A stretch of DNA of 64,000 nt from an uncultured Thermoanaerobaculia bacterium (lineage in GTDB: Bacteria > Acidobacteriota > Thermoanaerobaculia > Multivoradales > Multivoraceae). A program made the translations under genes and the position numbers. The notes below the pieces were generated by a model. It had not been told where the DNA came from, did not search any database, and saw only the letters and a program-made list of their open reading frames with translations. This document shows, piece after piece, positions 9,630 to 19,969 of the stretch (position 1 is its first letter; each line of letters starts with the position of its first letter). The stretch covers positions 325,310 through 389,309 of the forward strand of contig CATOTG010000002.1 of assembly GCA_951813015.1 (NCBI GenBank), written 5' to 3'.

Positions 9630-10174
9630 CCCGTCGTCTCTCACTCTGTGCCCTCCCGATCCTGCTGCTCGCAGCGGCGACGCCTTCCCTGTTTGCCCGG
9701 CAGGCGGACACCGGCGCCGCTCGGGTCGCCATCATCAACGTGGAAGCGGTCGTCGCCGAAGCGCGGGAAGGCAAGGAGCTTGCGGCGTTCCTGCAGCAGG
9801 TCCAGACCGAGACCAGGGCGGCGCTCGAAGCCAATGCCAGCCAGGAACAGAGCCTGCGCCAGAGCGCGGCCGGCAAGGGACCGGACGAACTCCGCAGCAT
9901 CCAGCACCAGGTCCAGGATCTGCAACGGGAGTCGCAACGGCTTGCCGACGATGCCCAGCGCCGGGCGTCGAAGCGCGAAGAGGAGACGCTGCGACAGATC
10001 AACGAGCGGCTGCGTCCGATCGTCCAGCAGTTGATCGACGAGGGAGGCTACGACCTCATCCTGAACGCCAGCATTGGCGGCGTGCTCCACGCCAGCGCCC
10101 GGGTCGACCTGACCCCGCGGGTCATCGGCCTGCTCCAGGCGCGGGAACAGTCGGAGTCGAGCGAGGAACCGTAG
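9626..10174 (+). CDS. OmpH/Skp-family periplasmic chaperone
   Basis: Signal peptide, RVAIINVE, coiled-coil body, GYDLIL, VDLT..VI. Confidence 0.8.
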   Translation: MTRRLSLCALPILLLAAATPSLFARQADTGAARVAIINVEAVVAEAREGKELAAFLQQVQTETRAALEANASQEQSLRQSAAGKGPDELRSIQHQVQDLQRESQRLADDAQRRASKREEETLRQINERLRPIVQQLIDEGGYDLILNASIGGVLHASARVDLTPRVIGLLQAREQSESSEEP

Positions 10175-10208
10175 GGCCCGCGGCCGGTCCCGAGGGTTGC
10201 CACGGGCT

Positions 10209-11519
10209 CTAGGGAGGCGCCGGGCGGCTGCCGTACAGCTCGTACGAGCGGCTGTGGCGATTCGCCAGGTCGACGTCGCGGCCACGGATGATCACGTGGT
10301 GCACCGCGGTCCGCACCTCCAACGGGTCGCCGTCGGTGACGACGAGATTCGCCCACTTGCCCGCATCGATCGACCCCAGGCGGTCGTCGAGGCCGAGGAT
10401 CTCGGCCGCGCCAAGCGTCAGGGCTCGCAGTGCTGCCTCCGGGTCGAGACCGAAGGCGACGGCCGTGGCCACTTCGTAGGGCAGGACCCGGGCGCTCGAC
10501 GAGTCGAAGGTGCCGAAAGCGATCGGCACGCCGGCACGCTCGAGATCGCCGGGCGCCGTGAAGGGGCCGTCGTAGGCATCGTCTTCCTGGACCGGAAGCG
10601 CCTGGACGGCGCCCAGGATGACGGGTATCCCCTTCTCGGCGAGCAACTCGGCCTCCTGCGCCGCGTCGCGCCCCGAAGCGAGGACCAGGCGCAAGCCGTG
10701 CTGCCCGGCAAACGCGACCGCATCCCGGATCGCCCGGGCACGGTCGGCCAAAACGACCAGGGGCAACTCGCCCCGTGTGAGCTTCGCCACGGCTGCCAGA
10801 GCGTGGTTGTGCTCCACCGTCGCTCCCGATCCGGCGGCAGACCGTGCATGTTCGTACTGGCGGGCCGCGTCGATCCAATCGCCCAGTTCGTCGATCGTCC
10901 GGTCGTAGTCCTTCTTCGCCTCGGAGAACTTCTTCTCCCGCACGCTGAAGGTCGAGAAGTCGAACTCGCGGGTCTCGAGACTGGGCCACTCGAGCACCAC
11001 GCCGACGCCGGGCTCGATCGCCATCTCCTCCACGGTCCAGCCGTCGAGGAGAATCGCCGACGCCTGGCCCGCCCAGGGGCCGCCGCCGGGCGCCGACAAC
11101 ACGTGAGTGATGCCGTTGGCCCGCGTTACCGGGATGATCTCGCTCGCCGGGTGGACCGCCTCCAGCGCCCGCAGATGAGGCGTGTCTCCCAACTCGCTGT
11201 CGTCCTGCGTGGCCGCAATCGAGCCGATCTCGACCAGACCGACCGAGGTGAAGGCGTTGAACAGGCCCGGATAGACGTGCAACCCCGTCGCGTCGATCAC
11301 TTCGGCGTCCGACGGCGCCTCCACGCCGGCGCCTGCCGCTGCGATCAGTCCGTCGCGCACGACCACGGCGCCGGCATAGGACGGCCCCGAAACCGGATGC
11401 ACCGTGCCGCCCTGAATCGCCACCGTCTGTGCCGCGGCGTACGGGACCCAAGTCGCCGCCAGGGTCAGCAGCCCCGCGATGACGACTGGCAGCGACACCC
11501 GGCCCGCGCGCCGTGTCAC
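10209..11519 (-). CDS. Secreted amidohydrolase-family protein (HxH metal motif absent)
   Basis: Signal peptide, VIDATGLHVYPGLFNA, GSIDAGKWANLVV.DGDPL; GTG start with a purine-rich RBS. Confidence 0.85.
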   Translation of the reverse strand: MTRRAGRVSLPVVIAGLLTLAATWVPYAAAQTVAIQGGTVHPVSGPSYAGAVVVRDGLIAAAGAGVEAPSDAEVIDATGLHVYPGLFNAFTSVGLVEIGSIAATQDDSELGDTPHLRALEAVHPASEIIPVTRANGITHVLSAPGGGPWAGQASAILLDGWTVEEMAIEPGVGVVLEWPSLETREFDFSTFSVREKKFSEAKKDYDRTIDELGDWIDAARQYEHARSAAGSGATVEHNHALAAVAKLTRGELPLVVLADRARAIRDAVAFAGQHGLRLVLASGRDAAQEAELLAEKGIPVILGAVQALPVQEDDAYDGPFTAPGDLERAGVPIAFGTFDSSSARVLPYEVATAVAFGLDPEAALRALTLGAAEILGLDDRLGSIDAGKWANLVVTDGDPLEVRTAVHHVIIRGRDVDLANRHSRSYELYGSRPAPP

Positions 11520-11680
11520 TTGTCCACCTTCCTTCCCTGGCTGCCAGTTGGCGATTGTCCAGGTACGACTGCCATTGGCGCAGTCGCGCTTCTCCTTCGC
11601 CGCTGTAGACGTTCTTCGTGCGGGCTGAACAGCCGGATGGTTTGCGGGCGCCGGTTCGGGTGGTGGTTGCATTGGTCGGC

Positions 11681-14647
11681 TCACGGCGCCTCTCCACCCT
11701 CGTCGTCGTCCGATTCCAGGAGCGACTGCTCGAGCGCCGCCAGGTGCTCCCGCCGGACGCGGTCCAGTTCGCGGTCGAAGTAGACCCTGCCGTCGACCAG
11801 GGTGGTCTGGACCACCGCATAGGAACTCAGCGGATGCCCGTCGTAGACGACGAGATCGGCGTCCTTGCCGACCTCGATCGAACCGACGCGGCCGTCGATC
11901 CGAAGCTGCTTCGCGGGATTGATCGTGACCAGCGCGAGTGCCTGCTCGTCGCTCAAGCCTCCCCACCTGACCGCCTTGGCCGCCTCGTGGTTCAGGTGGC
12001 GCATCTCCTCCGCGTCGTCCGAGTTGATCGACACGAGCACGCCGCGGTCGGTCATCAGGGCCGCGTTGTGCGGAATCGCCTCGAAGGCCTCGACCTTGTA
12101 GGCCCACCAGTCGGAGAAGGTCGAAGCCCCCGCGCCGTGGGCAGCGATCTCGTCAGCCACCCGGTATCCCTCGAGCACGTGCTGCAGGGTCGCGATACGA
12201 AAGCCGAACTCCTCCGCCAGACGGAGCAACTGCAGGATTTCGTCGGCCCGGTAGCTGTGGGCGTGGACCAGTCGTTCCCCTTCCAGAATCTCGACCAGGG
12301 CTTCAAGCTCCAGGTCGCGGGCCGGCGGCCGGCTGCGCTCTCCGGCGGCTTCCGCCTGCCGGTGACCCACCCATGCCGCCTGGTACTCCGCGGCCTCGGT
12401 GAACGCCTGCCGGATCACGTCCAGCACGCCCATCCGGGTCGCCGGATAGCGTCGGGGGCCCTGTCCGAAGGACCGCGACCGCTTCGGGTTCTCGCCCAGC
12501 GCGAACTTGATACCGGGAGGCGCGCCCTCGAAACGCAAACCGTCGGCGTCCTGCCCCCAGCGCAGCTTGAGCACCTGGTTCTGACCGCCAATCGGGTTCG
12601 CGCTGCCGTGCAGCACGTTGATCGTCGTCACGCCACCGGCAAGGGCGCGGTAGATCGCGATGTCGGTCGGATCGACCACGTCGGCCACCCGCACCATGGA
12701 CGTCACCGCCAGACTGCCCTCGTTGATCCCGCCCTCGGCCGCGATGTGGGAATGCGCGTCGATGATGCCGGGCGTCACGTACCGGCCCGCGGCATCGATC
12801 ACGTGGGCGCCGCGCGGCGGCCGCACGCGCGTGCCGACCGCGGCGATCCGACCGTCGCGCACGACGACCGTGCCGCCCTCGATCGTCTCGCCGGCCATCG
12901 TCAGGACCGTTCCGCCGACGATCGCCAGCACGCCGTCTTCGCGGTACGGACCCGTCATCGGCACGCCGGAGTCGCCCGCGACCTCCTCGTACTTCTCTGC
13001 CACCTCGGCCAACCGCATCGGTGGCAGCGCCTCACCCGAGGCTCCGGGCGGACCACCCCGGCCACCCGGACCGCGTGCGCCGCGTCCCCGCGGTCGCGAC
13101 TCGTCCGGCGCCACCGCCTCCTCGGAGGATTCCGCTCCGGGCGCGGCCTCCGCAGCGGCCTCGCCGCTCCCGCCTTCGTCTTCGGCGTCTTCGGCGGCCT
13201 CGGTGTCTCCGGTGTGGTCGGAATCTTCGGTCCCTTCGGTGTCCTCGGTACGTTCGGAGTCGGTACCTTCGGCATCCTTGGCCTCTTCGCCGTCTTCACG
13301 GTCCGCCGCGGCGTAGCGGCGGCCGTCGATGAACACCGCCTCGACCCGGGCCGATTCCTGCCAGGGATAGCCGTCGGCGAGCACGAGGTCCGCCGCCATC
13401 CCCTCGGCCACCGTGCCAAGCCGATCCTCCAGTCCGTAGACCGCCGCCGCGTCGCGCGTCAGCGCCGTGAGCGCCCGCGCCGGGTCCAGCCCTGCCGCGA
13501 CCGCGCGGCGCAGGCCGGCCAGGAACTCGTCCGGGCTTCCGGCGCCGCCGGAGGAGAAAGCGAACGGCGCTCCGGCTTCAGCCAGCTCGACCGGCGTCGA
13601 TGGCGCCAGCCGTTCGTGGAGGATCTCCCTCAAGGGCCGGTCCGCGTCCGGATCCCGGTCGCGCTCCGGCAGCGGCGCAGGCCAGTCGACGTCAACGAGG
13701 ACCGGCACGCCGCCGGCGGCGAGTTCCCCGGCGAGGCGGTATGCCTCCTGGCCGCCATAGACGATCGAGTTCAGGCCGAACTCTTCGCGCAGGCGCAGCG
13801 CACGCCCTATCTCGGCGGCGCTTGAACCCGGCAGCAGGATGCGCTCGTTTCCAGCCGCCGCCGGCGCAAGGGGCGCCAGCGCGCGATCGTAGTCGGGCCG
13901 CCGCCAGCCCGCGGGATCCGCCTCGAACGCCGCGACCGAGGCGGCATGGTGACCGGCGTCCAGCAGCACCTGCCGGACATAGGCGATCTGGCCCATCAGC
14001 GAACCGGGATAGGAACCGAACCCGGCGCCCGTGTCGAACGAAGCCATCTGCGCGAGTTCAGGCGCCACGACCTGATGTTCCGGATCGGCCCCCGGTTCAC
14101 CGAACCGCACGAGCGACAATCGCCCCGGGAACAGCCCCTGCCCGGCTCGCGCCGCAACCGAAGTGAACCCCGCCTTGCGCCAGGTCTCGACCGCCTCCGG
14201 GTCGAGCGCCAGATCGTCCGCAGCCCGCTTCCACGGGGTCGTCTGCGGGCGGTCCTCCGGACCACGCGGCAGCTGCTGGTCAGGGTCCGGCCGGCGTCGG
14301 GGGCCACTCCGACCCGGTTCGCCGGCGCCTGGGCCGCCGGGACGTCGCGGCGCCGGCAGCGTGCCCAGGGCGTCGATCAACCCCGGGAACACGGTCAACC
14401 CCTCGCCGTCGACGACCCAGGCATGAGCCGGAACAGCCGCATCTTCTCCCACCGCGGTGATCGTCCCGTTTTCGATGACGACGGTCGCCCGCTCGATCAC
14501 CGTCCCGTCACCGACCTCGACCCGCACGTTCTCGATCGCATGGAACGGCGGCGGCTCGGGTGGCGGTCCAGCAACCGACGCGCTGCCAGCGGCCAAGCCC
14601 AAAGCCAACGAAAGCAGCACCGCGCGAACTGATTCAAACCGCCTCAT
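11681..14647 (-). CDS. Secreted double-domain amidohydrolase-family protein
   Basis: Two amidohydrolase repeats ([17 protein letters not shown] ... HSYRADE ... INSDD ... [13 protein letters not shown]) joined by an acidic linker. Confidence 0.88.
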   Translation of the reverse strand: MRRFESVRAVLLSLALGLAAGSASVAGPPPEPPPFHAIENVRVEVGDGTVIERATVVIENGTITAVGEDAAVPAHAWVVDGEGLTVFPGLIDALGTLPAPRRPGGPGAGEPGRSGPRRRPDPDQQLPRGPEDRPQTTPWKRAADDLALDPEAVETWRKAGFTSVAARAGQGLFPGRLSLVRFGEPGADPEHQVVAPELAQMASFDTGAGFGSYPGSLMGQIAYVRQVLLDAGHHAASVAAFEADPAGWRRPDYDRALAPLAPAAAGNERILLPGSSAAEIGRALRLREEFGLNSIVYGGQEAYRLAGELAAGGVPVLVDVDWPAPLPERDRDPDADRPLREILHERLAPSTPVELAEAGAPFAFSSGGAGSPDEFLAGLRRAVAAGLDPARALTALTRDAAAVYGLEDRLGTVAEGMAADLVLADGYPWQESARVEAVFIDGRRYAAADREDGEEAKDAEGTDSERTEDTEGTEDSDHTGDTEAAEDAEDEGGSGEAAAEAAPGAESSEEAVAPDESRPRGRGARGPGGRGGPPGASGEALPPMRLAEVAEKYEEVAGDSGVPMTGPYREDGVLAIVGGTVLTMAGETIEGGTVVVRDGRIAAVGTRVRPPRGAHVIDAAGRYVTPGIIDAHSHIAAEGGINEGSLAVTSMVRVADVVDPTDIAIYRALAGGVTTINVLHGSANPIGGQNQVLKLRWGQDADGLRFEGAPPGIKFALGENPKRSRSFGQGPRRYPATRMGVLDVIRQAFTEAAEYQAAWVGHRQAEAAGERSRPPARDLELEALVEILEGERLVHAHSYRADEILQLLRLAEEFGFRIATLQHVLEGYRVADEIAAHGAGASTFSDWWAYKVEAFEAIPHNAALMTDRGVLVSINSDDAEEMRHLNHEAAKAVRWGGLSDEQALALVTINPAKQLRIDGRVGSIEVGKDADLVVYDGHPLSSYAVVQTTLVDGRVYFDRELDRVRREHLAALEQSLLESDDDEGGEAP

Positions 14648-14845
14648 GGCAAGTCGCGAGAGCCTAGCAGCCCGTGGCAGAAGTCGCGCTGCATTCCAGC
14701 GCTCCACGCCGGGCGCGGGCGGAAGGCCTTGATTCCCTGCGGGTCGAGAGCCGCGCCGGCGCCAAGTTGCCGATTCCGGAGTGGTTTCCTCACATCGGTC
14801 ACCGAAGTTCCCGACTTTGGAACGGCCCTGGACGGCAGTCATCAA

Positions 14846-15514
14846 CTACACGTCCGGCAACCCGTTGCGCGGACACCAGTCCGCCAGCGTGCAGTTCGCG
14901 CAGTCGGGCCGTCGCGCGGAGCAGACGCGGCGGCCGTGCCAGATGATCGCGTGGCCCATGAAGATCCACTTGTCCTGCGGCAGCCGGTGCATGAGGTCCC
15001 GCTCGACGCGGACCGGATCGGTCTCGGGGGTCATGCCCAGACGTCGGGCCAGTCGGCCGACGTGCGTATCGACGACCACGCCGACCGGCTTCCCGAACCA
15101 GGTTCCCAGCACCACGTTCGCCGTCTTCCGCGCCACGCCTGGCAGGGTGATCAGGTCCTCCATCGTGTCCGGCGTCTCGCCGCCGAAGTCCTCGGCGATC
15201 CTCCTGGCCGCGCCGAGAACGCTCTTCGTCTTGTTGCGGAAAAAGCCGGTGCTTCGGATCTCCTGCTCGAAGACCGCCGGATCGGCGGCCGCGAACTCCT
15301 CCGCACTGCGATAGCGCTCAAAGAGCGTCTCCGTGACCTGGTTCACGCGCACATCGGTCGACTGGGCCGAGAGGATCGTCGCGATCAGGAGCTGCAGCGC
15401 GTTCTCGTGCCGCAGTTCGCAGTCGGCGTCCGGGTAGAGTCGTTCAAGTTCGGCCAGCGCCTGCCGAAGCGCCGACTCGGGAATCGGTTCGAACGGACCT
15501 TCCGGTCTGGGCAC
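14846..15514 (-). CDS. nth: Endonuclease III
   Basis: LLIATILSAQSTD, HhH LPGVARKTANVVL, VDTHV, C-x6-C-x2-C-x5-C 4Fe-4S motif. Confidence 0.95.
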   Translation of the reverse strand: MPRPEGPFEPIPESALRQALAELERLYPDADCELRHENALQLLIATILSAQSTDVRVNQVTETLFERYRSAEEFAAADPAVFEQEIRSTGFFRNKTKSVLGAARRIAEDFGGETPDTMEDLITLPGVARKTANVVLGTWFGKPVGVVVDTHVGRLARRLGMTPETDPVRVERDLMHRLPQDKWIFMGHAIIWHGRRVCSARRPDCANCTLADWCPRNGLPDV

Positions 15515-15516
15515 CG

Positions 15517-16857
15517 CTACGGCTGCAGCAGGTCGAGGACAGCCAGGGTCATCGCCTCGACCCCCGCCCGGATTGCCGGCTCGGGTTCGATGCGAAAATA
15601 GGGCGAGTGGTGCGACGGCACCGGCGCTCCGCCCGCGGCCTCCGCCTCGAGATCCACGGGGGACGTGCCGCCGACGTTGAAGTAGGCGCCGGGCACCTGG
15701 TGCTTCGTGCCGACGAAGTAGGCGAAGTCCTCGGCGCCCATGCCCGAGGGCGGCTCGCTGTAGAACACGTCCTCGCCCATGCCGGCGGCAATCGCGGTGC
15801 GCACCCGGGCCGCAAGTTCCGGATCGTTCACCGTGACCGGCGTCGATTCCCGCGTACGCACCACCTTCGGCAGCAGCGAGGCCGGAAGCCCGGCCGACCT
15901 GCCGACGCCCTCCGCGATCCGCTCGATGGCCGAAAGCAACTGCTCCCGCGTTTCCTCGCTGTTCGCCCGCACCGTGAGCTGGAGTTCGACCCGGTCCGGA
16001 ATCACGTTGTGCTTGAAGCCTCCGTGGAACGAGCCCACGGTGACCACGCCGGGCTCGAGCGGGTCGAGTTCCCGGCTCACGATGCCCTGAAGCGCGACGA
16101 CGAGTTGCGCCGCGATGTAGATCGGGTCCTTGCCCCGGTGGGGCGACGCCCCGTGCGCGCCGACGCCGAACACCGTGATGTCCACGCTGTCCGAAGACGA
16201 CGCGAGCAGACCGGGCGGCACGTCGATCTTCCCCGCCGGCCGACCCGCCGAAACGTGGAGCGCCAGTGCGTAGTCCGGCACGCCGAAGCGCTCGTACAGG
16301 CCGTCCTCGAGCATCTCGCGGGCGCCCATGATCCGTTCCTCCGCCGGCTGGCCGACGAACATGACCGTTCCCGCCCACTCGTCGCGCATCGCGGCGAGCC
16401 GGCGCGCCACGCCGACCATCGTCGTGATGTGCATGTCGTGGCCGCAGGCGTGCATGACCGGGACTTCCTCGCCCGAGAGGTCGACCTGCCTGGCAGTCGA
16501 TGCGTAGGGCAGCTCCGATCTCTCCGCGACCGGAAGACCGTCCATGTCCGCCCGCACCAGAACCAGCGGACCGTCGCCGTTCTCCATCATGCCGACGATG
16601 CCGGTGCGTCCGATCCCCTCCGCGACGTCGACTCCCGACTTCCGCAGCTCGACGGCCAGCCGGGCCGCCGTTTCGTGCTCCAGGAAGGACAGCTCCGGGT
16701 TGCGGTGGAAGTGCTCGAAGAGCGACCTGAGCTCGTTCCGGTAGTCGTCCGCTACGGCGTCGGCGAGGTCCTGGGCGACGCCGGCCGCCGGCAAGGCGGC
16801 GAAGGCGACCGCCAGAGCGGGAGCGAGAGAACGAGCGAGAGAACGAGGGCTGCGCAA
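15517..16857 (-). CDS. M20D amidohydrolase (hippurate hydrolase-like), exported
   Basis: H..PELSF.E, RADMDGLP, MHACGHD, QPAEE, MGAEDF, HHSPYF. Confidence 0.92.
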   Translation of the reverse strand: MRSPRSLARSLAPALAVAFAALPAAGVAQDLADAVADDYRNELRSLFEHFHRNPELSFLEHETAARLAVELRKSGVDVAEGIGRTGIVGMMENGDGPLVLVRADMDGLPVAERSELPYASTARQVDLSGEEVPVMHACGHDMHITTMVGVARRLAAMRDEWAGTVMFVGQPAEERIMGAREMLEDGLYERFGVPDYALALHVSAGRPAGKIDVPPGLLASSSDSVDITVFGVGAHGASPHRGKDPIYIAAQLVVALQGIVSRELDPLEPGVVTVGSFHGGFKHNVIPDRVELQLTVRANSEETREQLLSAIERIAEGVGRSAGLPASLLPKVVRTRESTPVTVNDPELAARVRTAIAAGMGEDVFYSEPPSGMGAEDFAYFVGTKHQVPGAYFNVGGTSPVDLEAEAAGGAPVPSHHSPYFRIEPEPAIRAGVEAMTLAVLDLLQP

Positions 16858-17094
16858 GGAACGCCTTTCCGACTGGACTTCCGACTCTAGCCTCTCAGGG
16901 GCGTTCTCCGCCGAAGCTGCTCGCCGTCCGGTCCATGCAGCGCCTCCAATGCACTGGCAGCCCGTGGCGAAGTCGCTTCCTCCTCCTGAGGCTGCTGGAA
17001 CAACCTCGGGGGAGGAATCGGCTGTTCCCTACTTGTCGGTCGGGAACGGGTTGTCCGGCGCCAGCTCCTCGCCCATGTTGACCGAGGACGAAGC

Positions 17095-18204
17095 CTAAGG
17101 GCAGACAACCGTGAAGGTCATGCCTCCCACGGCACCCGCGGCGCTGCGCGTGATGGAGGGCGTGATCTGATTGACGGTGTCAGCGTCCATCGTGATGGTC
17201 AGGGCCACCGGGACGGGGTAGTTGGCGGTGGCGCTGCAGTGAGTTTCGTCGCGCACGATGGTGAACGTCACGACGTGAGGGGTAGTGGTGTCCATCGTGA
17301 TGCCGGCCGCTTCCACGCCGTTCCCGAAGGCCACACTTCCCGGGCCGGAACCCCTTCTCGCCGCAAAAATCAAGCCGGTCAGACGACTTGTTCTGGCGCT
17401 TGTCATCGCAAACTCCGGGTGTCCGAGCCGTGCCTCGCCGTCCGCGGCGGTCGTGAAGTGACCGGTGCCGTTGGCCCACAGGTCGATGGTGATGACGACT
17501 TCGCCGCCCACACCGGCCGGCCGGACGACGCTGGACCCGTCGGCCACCACCGATGTCGCTCCGGTGATGGGGTTCGTGGTCGTCGCGATGGCCATCGTTC
17601 CACCGTTGCCCAGCGCGCAATTGCTGGCCCGGCGGGTGAAGGTGGTACCGCTGACGTCGTAGCCGCACAGCCTGAGAGCAGGCGCCGGCTTTTCCGCCAG
17701 GATGTTCGGCAGGATGCCGACACGCCCCGTGCTGGCCTGCTCGATCAGGACGGCGCCACGGCCATCCATCATCGCGACGTCGGCGGTGCCAGCACTCGTT
17801 ATCTCGACCGCGTCGTTCTCGAGAATGTCCATGGCAACCAGATTGCCAATGGCCGAGTTCGTGTCACGCGTCATCCAGAACCAGCCGCCATCCATGATCG
17901 GGCCGAGCTCGAACTTGTTGCCATCGCCAGCCATGTCGCAGGCGAGGCCATTGTCCATCGTGAACAGCGCGGAGACCATGCCGTCGTCGTTGGCAGCAAG
18001 CTCGCCGCTTCGGGTGACGCCGCCGCAACTGGCGACCCAGGTCACCATCTCGGCGCCGTCGGCCGTGGCAATGAGTCCGCCATTGCCCATGTAGACGGAC
18101 ACGGCGTGCGTGCAGTCGTCGCATTTGACGCTGGTCTGACCGAACGCCATCGCCGGAATCGCGCAAAGAACCAGCGCTATCGTGAGCTGCTTCATCAGCT
18201 TCAT
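17095..18204 (-). CDS. Hypothetical secreted Cys-containing beta-rich protein
   Basis: Signal peptide (AMAFG-Q), RBS GGAGG, several Cys including a terminal VVCP; no family recognised. Confidence 0.75.
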   Translation of the reverse strand: MKLMKQLTIALVLCAIPAMAFGQTSVKCDDCTHAVSVYMGNGGLIATADGAEMVTWVASCGGVTRSGELAANDDGMVSALFTMDNGLACDMAGDGNKFELGPIMDGGWFWMTRDTNSAIGNLVAMDILENDAVEITSAGTADVAMMDGRGAVLIEQASTGRVGILPNILAEKPAPALRLCGYDVSGTTFTRRASNCALGNGGTMAIATTTNPITGATSVVADGSSVVRPAGVGGEVVITIDLWANGTGHFTTAADGEARLGHPEFAMTSARTSRLTGLIFAARRGSGPGSVAFGNGVEAAGITMDTTTPHVVTFTIVRDETHCSATANYPVPVALTITMDADTVNQITPSITRSAAGAVGGMTFTVVCP

Positions 18205-18240
18205 CAGTCTGTTCCCTCCTTGAGCGGCTCGTCGCCGCCG

Positions 18241-18363
18241 TTAATTGACCGACCCGGCAATTGCCGGACGACCTTCGCGCCGACGGCGTGTTCCCGCGTC
18301 GAGCGACGAAATCGCGGCGGCGAGCAGCGCCGCGATGATCAGCCCGATCACGCCGACCGGCAT
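18241..18363 (-). pseudogene. Fragment resembling a sodium:solute symporter TM helix (or a 40-aa small membrane ORF)
   Basis: MPVGVIGLIIAALLAAAISSLDAG resembles the SSS-family P.G..GL..A...AAAMSS.DS segment. Confidence 0.45.
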
Positions 18364-18854
18364 CCATTCAATCCGAAGATCAAAGCCGCGACAATGCGGA
18401 CAAACCGCGCTGTCACGACCGCTTACGTTCTCTCAAGATGGCTGCCAAGGCTCAACGAGCCGCCAGCCGCCACCCTGACGTGAGGGGAACTGTAGCGGAA
18501 ACGATGGTCAAGACGCCAGTCGCGCCAAAGGTATCAGCCCAAGGGTCACGAACGGATCGAGAAGCGGCGTTCCAACCGAATCCAGTTCCTCTGAAGCGCG
18601 ACACCATAGGGCCTCCGACGGTCTTCGTCAAGGTTCCGGTGTGTGGGAGTCAAACTGCTGAGGGCATTGGGGTTCAGGAGCGTCGGCGAGCCGGGGCAAT
18701 CGTCGGCAACCGGCGCCACATCCTGATCCCGGCAAAGTGGCAGATCCCGAGCACCCCGACGAGATCCCGGATCACCCGTGCGGAGGTCCGCGCGCAGGCG
18801 GATGAAGCGGACGCCATGCCGCGACTGGAGGACTCCGTCGGGACGTTCGAGCTG

Positions 18855-19835
18855 CTAGAACCGTCCCGTCAGCTTCCAGGCGTAGTCGAGCGCATGGCCC
18901 AGGGAATCGGTGAAGGCCCTTCCCTGCCAGGCGATATCGAAGGCGGTGCCGTGGTCCACCGACGTGCGGACGATCGGCAGGCCGACCGTCACGTTGACGC
19001 CCCGCTCGAAGCCGTAGAGCTTCATCGGCGCGTGGCCCTGGTCGTGGTACATGCAGACCACGCCGTCGTAGCGGTCGAGGTGGATCGCCTGGCGGAAGAT
19101 CGTGTCCGCCGGATGCGGGCCGGACACATCCAGACCGTCGGCGGCCGCCCGCTCGATCGTCGGCCGGATGATCTCCTCGTCCTCGGTTCCGAACAGGCCG
19201 TGCTCCCCCGCATGCGGGTTCAGCCCGCAGACCGCGACCCGCGGACGCGCGACGAACCGCGACAGGGCCTCGTGAGTCAAGTCGATCACCTTGCGGATCC
19301 GCACCGGTTCCACGCGCTCGATCGCCTCGCGCAGGCTGACATGAGCGCTGACGTGGGTCACCGCCAGTTCCGGCACGGTCAGCATCATCGCGAAGTCCTC
19401 GGCGCCGCACAGGTCCGCGATGAACTCGGTGTGCCCCCTGAAGTCCGGCCGCGAGGCTCTGGTCGCCTCCTTGTTCATCGGCAAGGTCACGACCCCCGCC
19501 ACCCTGCCCGCCACGGCGTCGCGCGTCGCCCGCTCCACATAGGCCAGCGCCGCCGCACCCGCCTCCGGGCTCAGCACGCCGGGCGTCACGCGGTCAGCGC
19601 TCAACAGCCGTAGATCGCGGACGTTCAGCGCCCCGTCCACCGTCTCGTCCAGACGATCGACCGGGTGAATCGACACGTCCAGGCCCAGCACTTCAGCCGC
19701 ACGCAGCAGGACCGACGCATCCCCATACACCACGGCATCGCTTCCCAGCAGCCCCTTGGCAAACCTGCAAACCGCGATCTCCGGGCCCACGCCGGAAGCA
19801 TCCCCCATCGTCACCGCCATGCGACGCTCGGTCAT
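18855..19835 (-). CDS. pdxA: 4-hydroxythreonine-4-phosphate dehydrogenase (PdxA family)
   Basis: TMGDASGVGPE, GHTE, GLNPHAGE.G.FG.E, MYHDQG, RTSVDHGTAFDIA. Confidence 0.95.
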   Translation of the reverse strand: MTERRMAVTMGDASGVGPEIAVCRFAKGLLGSDAVVYGDASVLLRAAEVLGLDVSIHPVDRLDETVDGALNVRDLRLLSADRVTPGVLSPEAGAAALAYVERATRDAVAGRVAGVVTLPMNKEATRASRPDFRGHTEFIADLCGAEDFAMMLTVPELAVTHVSAHVSLREAIERVEPVRIRKVIDLTHEALSRFVARPRVAVCGLNPHAGEHGLFGTEDEEIIRPTIERAAADGLDVSGPHPADTIFRQAIHLDRYDGVVCMYHDQGHAPMKLYGFERGVNVTVGLPIVRTSVDHGTAFDIAWQGRAFTDSLGHALDYAWKLTGRF

Positions 19836-19969
19836 CGCCGAAATCTACTCTGCTCCTTCTTGCACCGGGCTCGCCATGCGCTTGCAACCCGCTTGCAACC
19901 CACGGTCGACGACTCCATCCCTCGGCGACCGCCAGCCCGCCACGGTCCGCGCGGGCGCCCGGCGCCGGA

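Noticed and set aside
16975..17020. Imperfect hairpin downstream of the secreted-protein gene as a terminator or ncRNA
   Set aside because: The stem is imperfect with no U-tract; insufficient support
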